Assembly: GCA_951406725.2 (NCBI GenBank) | Contig: OX597817.1 | Location: forward strand, 27,962,001-28,026,000 | Length of the DNA stretch: 64,000 bases | Direction of reading: 5' to 3' | Origin: Octopus vulgaris | Taxonomy: Eukaryota | Shown: positions 29,413 through 42,095 of the stretch, in pieces | Layout of the letters: every line of letters starts with the position of its first letter | Position numbering within the stretch: position 1 is the stretch's first letter | Notes under the pieces: generated by a model | Databases searched by the model: none | Seen by the model: only the letters and a program-made list of their open reading frames with translations | What the model was told of the DNA's origin: nothing | Translations under genes and position numbers: made by a program

Positions 29413-31025
29413 ATATTGCACATTCCTCCCACCTAGTACATTCTTCTTTACTGCCACCCCACCCTCATACTTCAAATATCTTCCCCACCCCTACCAGCAT
29501 CATCCTCAAGCGGAATTACTTAGCATTACCTCCTCCTTGTGATTGCTACCAATCTGTCCTTCTTTTTCTCCATTTCTACCTACCTCTTTCTATTTATTCT
29601 CGTACTTTTCTCACTCTGCTGCGAAACCACCTTCATTCTTTGACTTTCGCCTCCCTGCCTGCATGTATGACTAGATACCTTACTTCCATTTTAATACCCG
29701 CTTCTCGCTTCTCTCATTGTATCTACTTATTTTCTATCTGTCTATCTATCTAACTAAATGTATAGATATATACTACCTCCAATGCCGTATATGTGTGGGG
29801 GATGCGTTTGTGTGTATGTGCTTATATGTATGTTTGCGTTTGTGTGTGTATGTTTATGTGCGTGTGTATGTATATACTGCATTAGAAGCACTCTGAGATT
29901 ACGTAATTGAAACAGTTGTATTTTATATTCTTCTGTTGTCGGTGATTCTTGCATTCGCTTAATATATTCTTCTGTTGTCGATGAGTCTTGCATCCGCTTA
30001 ATACAGCTACCCTTCAAAGAATGCGTGTAACCTGACATATATTTCACAAGGAGATTTGAAATCAGCTCTCTTCAGATAAATGAGTCCTACATTAATAGTA
30101 GAAAATTATGCAGTGCAATTAAAGCAATGAGATAAACATACCGATTGCACCTATCTACATTTGAGTGGAATAAATCAGCGAGACTGTTGTCTTTACCTTA
30201 GCAGCAACATAACGCCGTGGAAGGAATAATCAATTATTGAAACATTGGCTATGAGTTCAGTATTTTTATTATGACGGCGAGCTACGATTTTGCTAGACAA
30301 TTTCAGAATTGATTACATTTCTTCCATCCAAACAAGCTGTATCAATAGGAAGCAATTTTATACTGATTATTCACTAAACTATTGGTTCGATCGTGATAAA
30401 ACTATGGTTCTTAATTCTGAGTTCGATATTTGTTCAATTACACACATTGGGTTCAATATGATAAGGAATGCAATTATTCAGAAAGATGTTGTTGTTGTTT
30501 TTTTTTTCTGCTTTTTTTTTCTGTCTCAAAAGTTAATGCAATTCTTGTAAACGGAAATATATTTCGATCTTTTATAAAGAATCTGAAATTGCGTCGAGAA
30601 ACCTTTTGATGTAGCATAATGTTCATAAATCATCGGATTATTAATTAGAATATGACAAGGTTGTAAAATGTCACACTCGTCAAACACATACGTCTATGTG
30701 AGTGCATGTGTGTTTATATGAATATGTGTGTGTATATACATACATATACAAGAGAGAGAGAGAGAGGGAGGGAGAGAAGAGCAGGAGGAAAAATGGGAAA
30801 TTGTAGTTAATATAAAGAGCCGGAATACCGAATGACAAATGTATATATAGATATACGTGTAGAGGCAATTGCATACATAAATAGTGCACACACATACACA
30901 CACACATACATCACATATACACGCAGGCACACGCAAGCATACGCTCACACACTCACATACTTCTGTGTTTTAAAGTCTGTATACGCGTTTCTGTATTCGT
31001 GATTTTGTTAGTGAATATTATGTTT

Positions 31026-31058
<33 letters not shown>

Positions 31059-31902
31059 CGATGCTGCATATATGTTTATATGTATGGGTGCGAGTTTTTA
31101 AAATGTTGGCAGGATATAAAGCATAATGATTTATATATAGTTTGTCGGAAAGAAATGAATTAACCTCGGAAATAATGGATTAACATCGACTGCAATGAAA
31201 TAAGTTTCATAAAATTCTGTTATTGTTTTAAATTCTTTGTTTTATTTTCCTGTCCTGGTGTGTCTGCAGTGATGGATTAGCGTAAATGTTCCAGCGACGG
31301 AATGAGTTATTGCACAATTTAGTTACGTCATATTTCGTTCTGAGTCGATCTTGTCTTTCAAACTTTCTGCGTTGATAAAATAAGTTCCATCTTGGCACAA
31401 GAATCAAACTAATAATTCCTCATTATCTAGTGTATGTCATGGGAGTAAGTATTAATTTACATATCACTGTTGTTTTTAAATATATCTGAGTACTATTGTA
31501 TTACATGAAGTGACCATCAACTATCTATCAACAAATTGCCTTCTCCGTTATGTTTGTAACGAAAGTAATGATGCTTCTCATTTATGAAATATATCAATAA
31601 CTAAATTTCTTTAACTTTCGAATGTATTTCCTGTTTGATCATATACCAAATAGCTATGAAGGTCGCCTATTAAGTCCGAACGAGAATAGAGGGAAGAAGA
31701 AAATATAGAATCAACCTAACTGGAAGACGAGATACAGAATACATTGATGAATATACAATGCTAGCTATAACCACAAGACTGAGAAGCAAGACGTAGATAT
31801 TGAACAGGCTTCTGCGTCAGGGTCAAGTCATGTTAGTCGAAAATTATCCGAATGCAGATTACTGCAACTAAATATGCATATGCATATATACATATGCATA
31901 TA

Positions 31903-31970
<68 letters not shown>

Positions 31971-32044
31971 ATTAGGGAATAAATCCAAACTTACAGGGAA
32001 AAATTAGATTTAGGATTAAATCCAATTTTATAGTATAAATATAT

Positions 32045-32254
32045 TATATTATATTAAATTAGAGATAAAACCACTATTAGGCAAATCAAACAGTGAAAAA
32101 CATAAGCCAATACATAAAATTAATTTTAAAATATAAAAGTTAAAAGTAAAAAAAAAAATTATTTTAAATTTTTTTTATTTTTAAATTAATTTTATGTATT
32201 GGTTTATATTTTTCACTGTTTGATTTGCCTAATAGTGGTTTTATCTCTAATTTA

Positions 32255-32264
<10 letters not shown>
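32045..32264. repeat. Near-perfect inverted repeat (~88-bp arms, ~43-bp spacer)
   Basis: ATATTAAATTAGAGATAAAACCACTATTAGGCAAATCAAACAGTGAAAAA... pairs with ...TTTTTCACTGTTTGATTTGCCTAATAGTGGTTTTATCTCTAATTTAATAT. Confidence 0.92.
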
Positions 32265-32294
<30 letters not shown>

Positions 32295-32297
<3 letters not shown>

Positions 32298-32549
32298 GAG
32301 GCGCAATGATCCAGTGGTTAGGGTATCGGACTCGGGAGCCTGACGCTCCACGAGGCTCAGGCAGGGGGTGGTGGTGACCCTGTTGTACTCTTTCGCTCCA
32401 ACTTTCTCCCACTCTTTCTTCCTGTTTCTTGAGTAACGCTGCGATGGACTGGCGTCCCGTCCAGCTGGAGGGAACACATACTTCATAGAAGCCGAGAAAC
32501 CGTCCCATGAGACTGGATAGGCTTCAAATGGGTGCATAAATAAATAAAT
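32295..32549 (+). mobile_element. SINE group C, tail type 1, internally deleted
   Basis: Head and tail match 13878-14190, but the B-box segment is missing. Confidence 0.85.
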
Positions 32550-32554
32550 ATATA

Positions 32555-32966
32555 GGCGCAGAAGTGACTGTGTGGTAAGTAGCTTGCTTACCAACCATAT
32601 GGTTCCGGATTCAGTCCCACTGCGTGGCACCTTGGGCAGGTGTCTTCTACTATTGCCTCGGGCTGACCAAAGCCGGGTGAGTGGATTTGGTAGACGGAAA
32701 CTGAAAGAATCCCGTCGAATATATGTGTATATACGTATGTGTGTGTATATGTTCGTGTGTCTGTGTTTGTCCTCCCCCCCAGCCTCGCTTGACAACCGAT
32801 GCTGGTGTGTTTATGTCCCCGTAACTTAGCGGTTCGGCAAAAGAGACCGATAGATTAAGTACTAGGCTTACAAAGAATAAGTCCTGGAGTCGATTTGCTC
32901 GACTAAACGCGGTGTTCCAGCATGGCCGCAATCAAATGACTGAAACAAGTAAAAGAGTAAAAGAGT
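32555..32966 (+). mobile_element. SINE group A (CORE-like CACCTTGGGCARGTGTC after the tRNA-like head; internal microsatellite; AGTAAAAG tandem tail)
   Basis: Matches the other group A copies end to end. Confidence 0.92.
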
Positions 32967-33244
32967 ATATATTCCCGTTGTTGTGTATTTACAGCGGAAA
33001 ATACATTTGCTGACGTGTGCTGAGCCGTTGCTCGGTCATTCTGAGCCCAGCTCGATATGTTTTCTAATTAAGAAGACTAACGAAAATTTGTTTTCAAAGA
33101 CAATGAGTGCAATGAGCATCTTTCTAAATTCACGTTTACCTGAACGTGTTGAATGTACACTATTTTCTTGTAAACGTCGCTGCTTAATGCGCTCATAGCA
33201 AATTAATTCTCGCATGACAAAGTTTCAGCACACATCAACAAATG

Positions 33245-33664
33245 TGCCGGAGTGGCTGTGTGGTAAGTAGGTTGTTTACCAACCATATGGTTCCGGGTTC
33301 AGTCCCACTGCGTGGCCCCTTGGGCAAGTGTCTCCTACTGTAGCCTCGGGCCGACTAATGCCTTGTGAGTGGATTTGGTAGACGGAAACTGAAAGAAGCC
33401 TGTCGTATATATGTATATATATATATATAAATATATATGTATGTGTGTGTGTTTGTGTGTCTGTGTTTGTCCCCCTAGCATTGCTTGACACCCAATGCTG
33501 GTGTGTTTATGTCCCCGTTACCTAGCGGTTCGGCAAAAGAGACCGATAGAATAAGTACTGGGCTTAGAAAAAGAATAAGTCCCGGGGTCGAGTTGCTCGA
33601 TTAAAGGCGGTGCTCCAGCATGGCCGCAGTCAAATGACTGAAACAAGTAAAAGAGTAAAAGAGT
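33245..33664 (+). mobile_element. SINE group A
   Basis: Matches 32555-32966 and the reverse complement of 3546-4005. Confidence 0.92.
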
Positions 33665-34184
33665 ATATAGGAACATAAGGCTCAATTGGGCAATGAACAA
33701 CTGAAGCCGTCTCTGTCACAGAGAAAGCGCAACCCCTTTTAACATATATCTGGCAGTCTCCGATGTGTATTTACATAAAAAATAAGATGAATATTTTCTC
33801 CAAGACTATGAGTACAGTGAACGTCTTTACATATACTCGCATATACTAATGTGTTTTCATATAAACATAGACATCTCCATGCGTGTGTGTGTATGTGTGT
33901 GGGTCTGTGAGAGAGAAACTCACAGGGAGACAAACAGAGAGACACCATTTGTATATATATATACATGGATATAAGGAGATATATTTCAGTCGATATGTGT
34001 ACATGTATTTAAGAGGGTGTAGATGTAAGGTGAGTGCTAAATATTTCCTGTTTACTGAAGGCCAATGGGGAAATCAATAAATAAATAATTGTACTCCAGC
34101 TAAGAATAAACGTAAAATGAACTTTTTCATGATAGCTTCTGTAGAATGACGAATCTGATGATGATGAAAATGTGTAGAAACAGA

Positions 34185-34262
<78 letters not shown>

Positions 34263-34309
34263 GGGTAGTAGTGGTGGTGCTGGTGACACTGGTAATAGTA
34301 GTAGTTGTT

Positions 34310-34343
<34 letters not shown>

Positions 34344-34414
34344 AAGTAGTAGTAGTAGTGGTAGTGGTGGTAGTAGTAGTGGTGGTAGTAGTTGTAGTAG
34401 TAGTAGTAGTAGTT

Positions 34415-34477
<63 letters not shown>

Positions 34478-34506
34478 ATAGTAGTAGTAGTAGTAGTAGC
34501 AGCAGC
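34185..34506. repeat. (GTA)n/(GTG) microsatellite
   Basis: Direct reading. Confidence 0.95.
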
Positions 34507-35778
34507 ATATTTACAGCCATATTGTGCGTGCAAATTTGAAGTTGCGTCTCAGCTGACAGATATAGCAACTGTTGATATAGTACCACGTGAACCATCAATT
34601 GGTATAAATCAGTAGGCGCACGTTTTTATTATTGGTAGAATAGGGAAAAGTATTTCGACCATTTTCTGAAGAGATTCATTACAGATTCAAAGAGGATAGA
34701 AATTACAGAAAACCTATAGGATGATTAAAGTGAACATGAAAAGACATGAGCAAGCATGAGCATAAGTACATCACTTTTTATATTAGCTAGTTCGATCCCT
34801 CTTGCGAATTTACGACTCTGATCTTCAGGCATTTAAATAGGGTCGTACTTTATAGTTTTTGTTTGTTTGATATTGTTATGCGTAGTGAATGACTTGAATT
34901 TCAGTCGATATTTTCTGTAACAGATATGTTTCCTGCACTTATCTGACATCTATGATCAAGTAAAATGATTATGGATGTACTGGTTGTTAATTTAATATTA
35001 CAGCGCAAATGACGAACGTATCTGCTGTCATCCTTATCATATGTCTATAAAAAGGTGGTGGATTACCAGGACTGGTCTAGCAGTGATCAAAATATCTCAT
35101 AACTTATTAAACCTTTTTACAATCTAAGTTCAAATCTTGTTCACATTGAAGCAGCTTTTTATGCTTCGGTTATAATTAAATTCGACTCAATTGATTTACT
35201 TAGCCTTTCAAACCATGTCAGTTTTCTGTCTCTGTTGAAAGTTATGACTACCTTGATGGTATTAATATTACAACATTCAAAACTACGTTGAATCTTCGAA
35301 GGAAGTTCTCGCATATAATTAACATTGCTTTAGACAATAGAGATGAAATATTAATCGTTGCCAATGTCCCTAGTAGTATTTTCTGTACAGTATATTCTGC
35401 TCTTTCTCTCAGAAACAAATGAGTTGTGGCCGAAAATCGAATTTATCACTTGCCAATACGTTTATACCAATGGATTTTTGCTTCAAATTATCTGAAAGCC
35501 GCATTAAATCAATTGTCTCTCCATTATGTGATTCGCAATGAAACAAAACGTAATTTACACTCGTAGTGAAGATAATTCTTTACTGCTTATAAATTCCCAT
35601 TGGATATGTTTTCCTGATGATTACTCTTTAAAAGCAAGCGTTTGCAGATGTCTATCGTACGACGTAATTTTGGAACATCAATCGAATATATGTATATGAA
35701 ATACAAATTGAGAAAGCTTCCGGGACACAAAGGTACACACACACTTTTATATTTATATACACATGCCTATGAATGAAA

Positions 35779-35815
<37 letters not shown>

Positions 35816-35953
35816 TGTGTGTGTGTGTGTGTGTGTACGTATGTATCCGAACTGCTAAGCTGCGGGGACGTAAACACACCGACTCCGGTTGTCGGGCGCC
35901 GGGCGAGTCACAAGAACAGAAACAATGAATACATACACACATACACACACACG

Positions 35954-35987
<34 letters not shown>

Positions 35988-36299
35988 CAAGCATATACAT
36001 ATATGCGGACAAACGAAAGAAAGGGGCACTCAACACATTTAGTTACCTTATATTATTACTTAAACCAACCGAATCAAACTGGTTTAGGTGCATTCATAGC
36101 TGTGTTGTCATATATTTGCTTCTCAAATACGTGAATCCCAGGTTCAGTCCCACTGTGCAGCACCTTAGGGAAGTATCTTCTACTTCATTGCTCCTCAAAT
36201 TGTTGGTCCGCGAGTCATCAGCTGCCAGTATACGGCGAGTTTCCAGCAAAGAATGTCACGTTATAAAATGCCTACAAAATACTTATAAAATGGTTATGT

Positions 36300-36691
36300 A
36301 ATATTCTTTTCTGTTCTAGGTACAAAGGCCGAAATTTTGAGGGAGAGGGCCAGTCGATTAGATTGACTCCAGTACGAAACTGGTACTTCATTTATCGATA
36401 CCGAACGGATGAAAGGTATAGTCGACCTCGGCGGAATTTGAACTCAGAAGGTATAGACAGACGGAATACCTATTTCTATTTCTTTACTACCCACAAGGGA
36501 CTAAACACAGAGAGGACAAACGGATTCAGTCGATTATATCAACCCCAGTTTGTAACTGGTACTTATTTAATCGACCCCGAAAGGATGAAAGGCAAAGTCG
36601 ACCTCGGCGTTATTTGAACTCAGAACGTCAAGCGATGATGGTGGGGACAAACACAGACACACAAACATGCACACACACACACACACACACT

Positions 36692-36737
<46 letters not shown>

Positions 36738-36902
36738 CATATATATATATTCGACAGGCTTCTTTCAGTTTCCGTCTACTAAATCCACTCACAAGGCTTT
36801 GGTCGGCCCGAGACTATAGCAGAAGACACCCAAGGTGCTACACAGTGGTACTGAACCCAGAACCATGTGGTTGATGATCAAGCTACCTACCACACAGCCA
36901 CT
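36300..36902 (-). mobile_element. Fused SINE cluster: two group B pieces (~36300-36626) plus a 3'-truncated group A (~36627-36902)
   Basis: Motifs GTCGACCTCGGCG.ATTTGAACTCAGAA (twice) and TTCTTTCAGTTTCCGTCTAC...ACCACACAGCCAC. Confidence 0.82.
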
Positions 36903-37051
36903 TATATATAGTTGTAAATTCTCTAAAGATCAGAGCTATACTAACAAATATAGTTTATCGCCACATCAAAGTGGCTGTTTTATGTTACTACTAGTTTTAC
37001 TCCAGGCAGATCTTCCAACAGCTGATTATCGCTGCGGTGCTGCTCTCTACT

Positions 37052-37096
37052 CGTGACTGAAGAGAAGCTAACCAGCTCGAAACTGAGTCAGTTACG
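37052..37096 (+). ncRNA. Hammerhead-like motif (probably a 2-nt-deleted copy)
   Basis: CGTGA-CTGAAGA-GAAGCT(AACC)AGCTC-GAAA-CTGAG-TC-AGTTACG. Stem I pairs only as CGTGACT/AGTTACG, overlapping the core CT. Confidence 0.6.
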
Positions 37097-37262
37097 CGAT
37101 CCTGTAGTCTACTAGAGTATGATTGGGATTTGTTCCCCCTACTAGAAATATATATTATATACTGTGTAATGCTGCACCGACATCTAGCTGGTGGAACATC
37201 TGCCTGGGGTTAAACAAATTGTAAGATGGAACAGCCACTTTGATATGACGATTAATGTTACT

Positions 37263-37278
37263 TGTGTGTGTGTGTGTT

Positions 37279-37311
<33 letters not shown>

Positions 37312-37458
37312 TTGTGTTTGTGTGTGTGTCTGTGCGCGCGTGCGCGTGTGTGTGTCTGTGCGCGCGTGCGCGTGTGTGTGTCTGTGCGCGCGTGCGCGTG
37401 TGTGTGTCTGTGCGCGCGTGTGTGTGTCTGTGCGCGCGTGCGCGTGTGTGTGTCTGTG
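37263..37458. repeat. (TG)n grading into a ~26-28 bp GTGTCTGTGCGCGCGTGCGCGTGTGT minisatellite
   Basis: About 5 imperfect units, direct reading. Confidence 0.9.
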
Positions 37459-38019
37459 TAGAAAACAAATTTATTTTATTTCACACGGGTAAAAATAGAG
37501 GAAAAATAGAAGCTGAAAATGCACTGAGGATAGTTAAAATATTCTTTATTTAAATCTTTAACCGGTTTCATAGTTTATACTGATTTTCAAAATGTTGAAA
37601 TAGAAATACGTGGCTTAAGTCGTACCTGTCTTGCTTCTGAGTGGTGTTTGAAGCTTACCCTATTTTTATAGGGAATTCATAACTCACATAAGTATATGTT
37701 CTCTAAAATATTTGATTGGTGAATGATAATCAGATGACGGGTCTTAGAAATTTTAGTAGATTCTCCTCTATGTCCTTGTGTTAGTTTCAAGTGACAGTAT
37801 ATTTTACGCCTAAAAAGTAGACCGACACGACTACTTGAACATGTTAAGTTACGATCAAGGCACTCTAAATTTAATCTGTCTGGTGGGAGAGTAGAGAGGA
37901 GTCGTTTGTATGTAGTCCAGTGACTAAAGTTTAGGTTGTTAACTGTGTAGGTTCTTCATGTTAAGTGGCAGAATATGTTTTGTGTGTGAATAGTTATTTA
38001 TGTATGTACTTTGTTAAAG

Positions 38020-38400
38020 TTTGTTAATTCTTGGTTTGTACTTTTGTATGAAAGTATTTTCTTTGTTTATCCGTGCTTCCTCTGGGTAGAATGGGAAGAC
38101 CTGGAATTTGCTTATCCGTTCTTCATCTGTGGTCATCGCTGAACAGAGGTAGAGTGGGATAACCTGGAATTGGGGGGACTTATTTTTTGCACATATATCT
38201 ATGTGTTCACTCAGTGGAACCTGTCTAGTACTGGGGTCTCGTATTCATTGACGGCGAATGGACAGTCTATTTGTTAGAGTAAACTTTGTTTGGCCTATGT
38301 AGACTTCATTACATCCTTGAAATTTGATAGTGTATATTAAATTCCTTGAAGAACATGTCAAATGATCTTTTACGGTAAAAATTTGTACGGATTTGCTGAC
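38020..38400 (-). pseudogene. Penelope-like GIY-YIG endonuclease fragment (second PLE family)
   Basis: FTVKDHLTCSSRNLIYTIKFQGCNEVYIGQTKFTLTNRLSIRRQ*IRDPSTRQVPLSEHIDICAK...FQVFPFY...ENTFIQKYKPRIN. LIY...YIG motif, premature stop and small internal duplication. Confidence 0.88.
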
Positions 38401-39286
38401 AACACTAAATTAAATATTTTGGAAAATTGATCAATGGTTGGATAGGTGTCTCTGCTTACGCTTGCGTTAGCTTTTTAGTGGCCCTCGTAAATTCATTTAG
38501 CATTTCCTATACTATGTGCATATATGTGTCTGAATGTGAGCATGTTCGTGCGTGTAAGTCTGTGTGTGTGCACGTGCGTGCGTGTCTGTGTACACGCGCG
38601 ATGTACGTCCTATTCTTGAACTGATTTGAATGCCTGAGTGTTCATTTCATGTAAGAAATAATTATTAAAGTTTTATTTCCTACAAAACTTAGGCGGGGGA
38701 AAATAATTAATAAAATAAGAAAGCAAGAAAACACGAAATAACGACACAAACAAAGCTATAGTAATTACATTCAATGATTTGAAGGTAAACAGTTTTGCTA
38801 TCTCATCATATTAACAGAGGCGACCCCCACCCTTGTAAAACAACTAATCTCCCCCATAACATTACCAGAAAACAAATTACTTTAGTCAACTACTTCAGAT
38901 AAAGCCTTAGCATGACCATTATTTGTCCCTGATTTCCTTACCGAGGTTTTGCATGTTTAACTTATTGATAGGAAAAACCGAAAAAGACAGGAAACTGATT
39001 TAAATAAATGAAAAGGATTTAAACACGCGCACGAATATGAATTATGTATGATTTTGCTTGCTATTCTAGGCGTGCAGATATGTATGTATGTATGTATGTA
39101 TGTAAGTAACCTTGTATATCAACATGTATAGATGTATATATATATGTGTGCATCTGTAACTGTATGTCCGCGAATGTACGTGTATTTATATATATATATA
39201 CATGTACGTGAGAATATACATATATATGAATGCTGATAAATGGATATACGCACGCGTTTATGAGAGAAAGAGAGTGGCAGTAATAC

Positions 39287-39333
<47 letters not shown>

Positions 39334-39409
39334 TTAGATAAAGATATATACATATATTTGCACACATACACACACACACATATATATATATATATTCACA
39401 AAACTTTAT

Positions 39410-39666
39410 ATGGCTATGTATGTATGTATGTATGTATGTATATATGTATGTATGTATGTATGTAGGAATGTATGTATGTATGTATGTAGGAATGTATGTA
39501 TGTGTGTATGTATGAATGTAGGAATGTATGTATGTATGTATGCATGTATGTATGTATGTATGTATGTATATATGTATGTATGTATGTATGAATGTATGTA
39601 TGTATGTATGTATGTATGTATGTATGAATGTATGTATGTATGTAGGAATGTATGTATGTATGTATG

Positions 39667-39700
<34 letters not shown>

Positions 39701-39725
39701 TGTATGTATGTATGTATGTATGTAT
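39410..39725. repeat. (TATG)n microsatellite
   Basis: Direct reading. Confidence 0.95.
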
Positions 39726-40114
39726 AATCGGACGTATTTACAAATACACATTAACTGTGAGGGTAAAGTTCGTGTGAAATATATATCTAATTTCGTCAGT
39801 TTGCATGTCTTAAGCGACTGATAATTGGAACTTGATACTAAATCGCAGACATTAACAATGATAGTAATAGCTTCTATTGTTGTTTGTCCCGTTTTCATTT
39901 CTTTTATTTCTTATTTTCTCATTCTAATGTACAATTATGGCCGCAGACATGGCATTAGCTAGTTAAGTAGTTCCCTTCGTAACGAATTGGATACGGGTTC
40001 AAATCTATTTTATGACACTTTGTGGAAAGGATGTCTATATTAGCCTCGAGAATTGGTGAATGATCAAATTTTTGAATAGAATCTGGTTGATGGAAAATAT
40101 GTGAATACCCGACC

Positions 40115-40185
<71 letters not shown>

Positions 40186-40573
40186 TTATTATATTCTTTT
40201 ATTCTTTTTACTTGTTTGGTCATCTGACTGCCACAATGCTCGACCAGCACTGTAAGGGATTTTAGTCGAACAAATCGACTCCAGGACTTATTCTTTATAT
40301 GCCTGGTGTCTTTTGACATCAGGCTTACAAACCTCTAAGTTACTGGGGCGTAAACACAGATACAAACACACAAAAATACACACACACACACACACACTTA
40401 TACATATATATATATATAACTTTTTATATAAATAAGAATAAGATGGTTATTTAAAATACCGATCATATCAAGTGGCCAGCATGGGCATAACACCGTATAG
40501 GTATTAATTATTATCACAATTATAATTAAGGATATCTCTTAGATACCTTAATTATAATATATATATATATATA

Positions 40574-40661
<88 letters not shown>

Positions 40662-40709
40662 TACATACATATATATATTACATTATATATATGCATAGTA
40701 AAAAGTGTA

Positions 40710-41311
40710 GAGTTTTATAAATATCCAAACAGGCATAATACCTACCTTAAAATACTGTAGGAATCTTTGTACAATCGGACAAAACTAGGAACTTATATAA
40801 ATTAGATATAGAAACATATGACGGTTTACTAGAGAAAGAAATCAACAACAAATATAAAATAATCCAAAACAATACCTTAGAGAAGATAAATAAGTGTTAT
40901 GAAGAAATTATGACGAATTATGAACTAGATGAAAAAACAGAACCTTATGTGCCATTACACCCAAGAATAACGCTAAAAAACCATAAAGATAACTTCCACA
41001 GAGACCCTAAAGCCCGTCTAATATGCCCATGTAAGTCGGACCTAGGGAAACTAAGTAAATTAATATTAGATAAGTATATAAACAAATTAAATAATTTAGG
41101 TCACTTAAAGCTATGGGGCAGTACAATAGAAACTTTCCAATGGTTCAAAAATATAAAAAAAACAACAAGGAATATAAGTTCATACACATAGACATTGATA
41201 ATTATTATGCTTCCGTAAGTGAAATAGTGTTGAATAAGGCCTTGGTATATGCTAAAAATAGAACAGGAATGATGATGGAGGAAATTAAGGTAGTCCAAAT
41301 GGCAAGAAAAG
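40710..41311 (+). pseudogene. Penelope-like RT N-terminal fragment
   Basis: FVQSDKTRNLYKLD, RITLKNHKDNFHRDPKARLICPCKSDLGKLSKLILD, FQWFKNI, FIHIDIDNYYASVSEIVLNKAL...EIKVVQMARK. Overlaps the motif at the start of the 29.1 kb RT. Confidence 0.88.
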
Positions 41312-41882
41312 AAAGTGTGTGTGTGTGTGTGTATACATGCACGTTTATTCCAAAATGTGCTTATTCATGTCTATGTTTACTTACGCTGAATGTTATGCTG
41401 AGGTGTTCCTTTACATTAAAGCGATAAATTATGAATAGGATGAGTACTTTATTTGATATAATCGATCAAAACCCCTGATGCTGATGCACTTCAATCAGTA
41501 AATGTATAAGTGTACAAGAGAAAATAAAGCAAAAAAAAATGCGTCTGTTCATTATAGTGTTTATTCATAAAGAAAAACGAAGCATGCAATTTATTCATTA
41601 TTTTCTCTTTACAAATCAAGCGCCTTTTATTTGACTGTTTGAGTTATTATAATATGACTATGGAGCTACCTCTCATACATACTCTTATATTCCATTTGGT
41701 GAACAATATTGTCGTTAATTTCTGGTTTACAACCGGATAATTACTGGTTCGTTGCATTTCTTGCGGTGAAATAGGCAACGAAATAATTATTACATGGTAC
41801 AGAATACATATTCTAAGGAAGCTTATTTGCAGAGCACTAATTCTTTCATTTCTTTGTCAACGTTAATACTATCAGACAATAT

Positions 41883-42095
41883 GAGGCGTCGAACTGGCAG
41901 AGTACTTAGCACGCCGGGAAAAATGCTTAGCAGTATTTCGTCCGTCTTTGCGCGTTCTGGGTTCAAATCCCACTGAGGTTGACCTTGCCTTTCATCCTTT
42001 GAGGGTCGATAAAATAAGAGCCAGTTGAGTACAGGGGTCGATTTAATCGACTTACCCCTTCTCGAAACTTGTGTCCTTGTGCCAAAATTTGAAAT
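41883..42095 (+). mobile_element. SINE group B, variant tail, diverged
   Basis: GAGGCGTCGAACTGGCAGA...GTTCAAATCCC...TTGCCTTTCATCCTTTGAGGGTCGATAAA...CCTTGTGCCAAAATTTGAAA. Confidence 0.82.

Noticed and set aside
29924-30002. ~42-bp direct duplication (ATATTCTTCTGTTGTCG...GCTTAAT x2)
   Set aside because: An ordinary slippage-type duplication with no further structure.
37545-37600. Minus-strand TTGAAAA...GAAA-CCGG-TT downstream of the PLE endonuclease
   Set aside because: The position fits a pLTR hammerhead, but two core substitutions and weak stems make it unsupportable.
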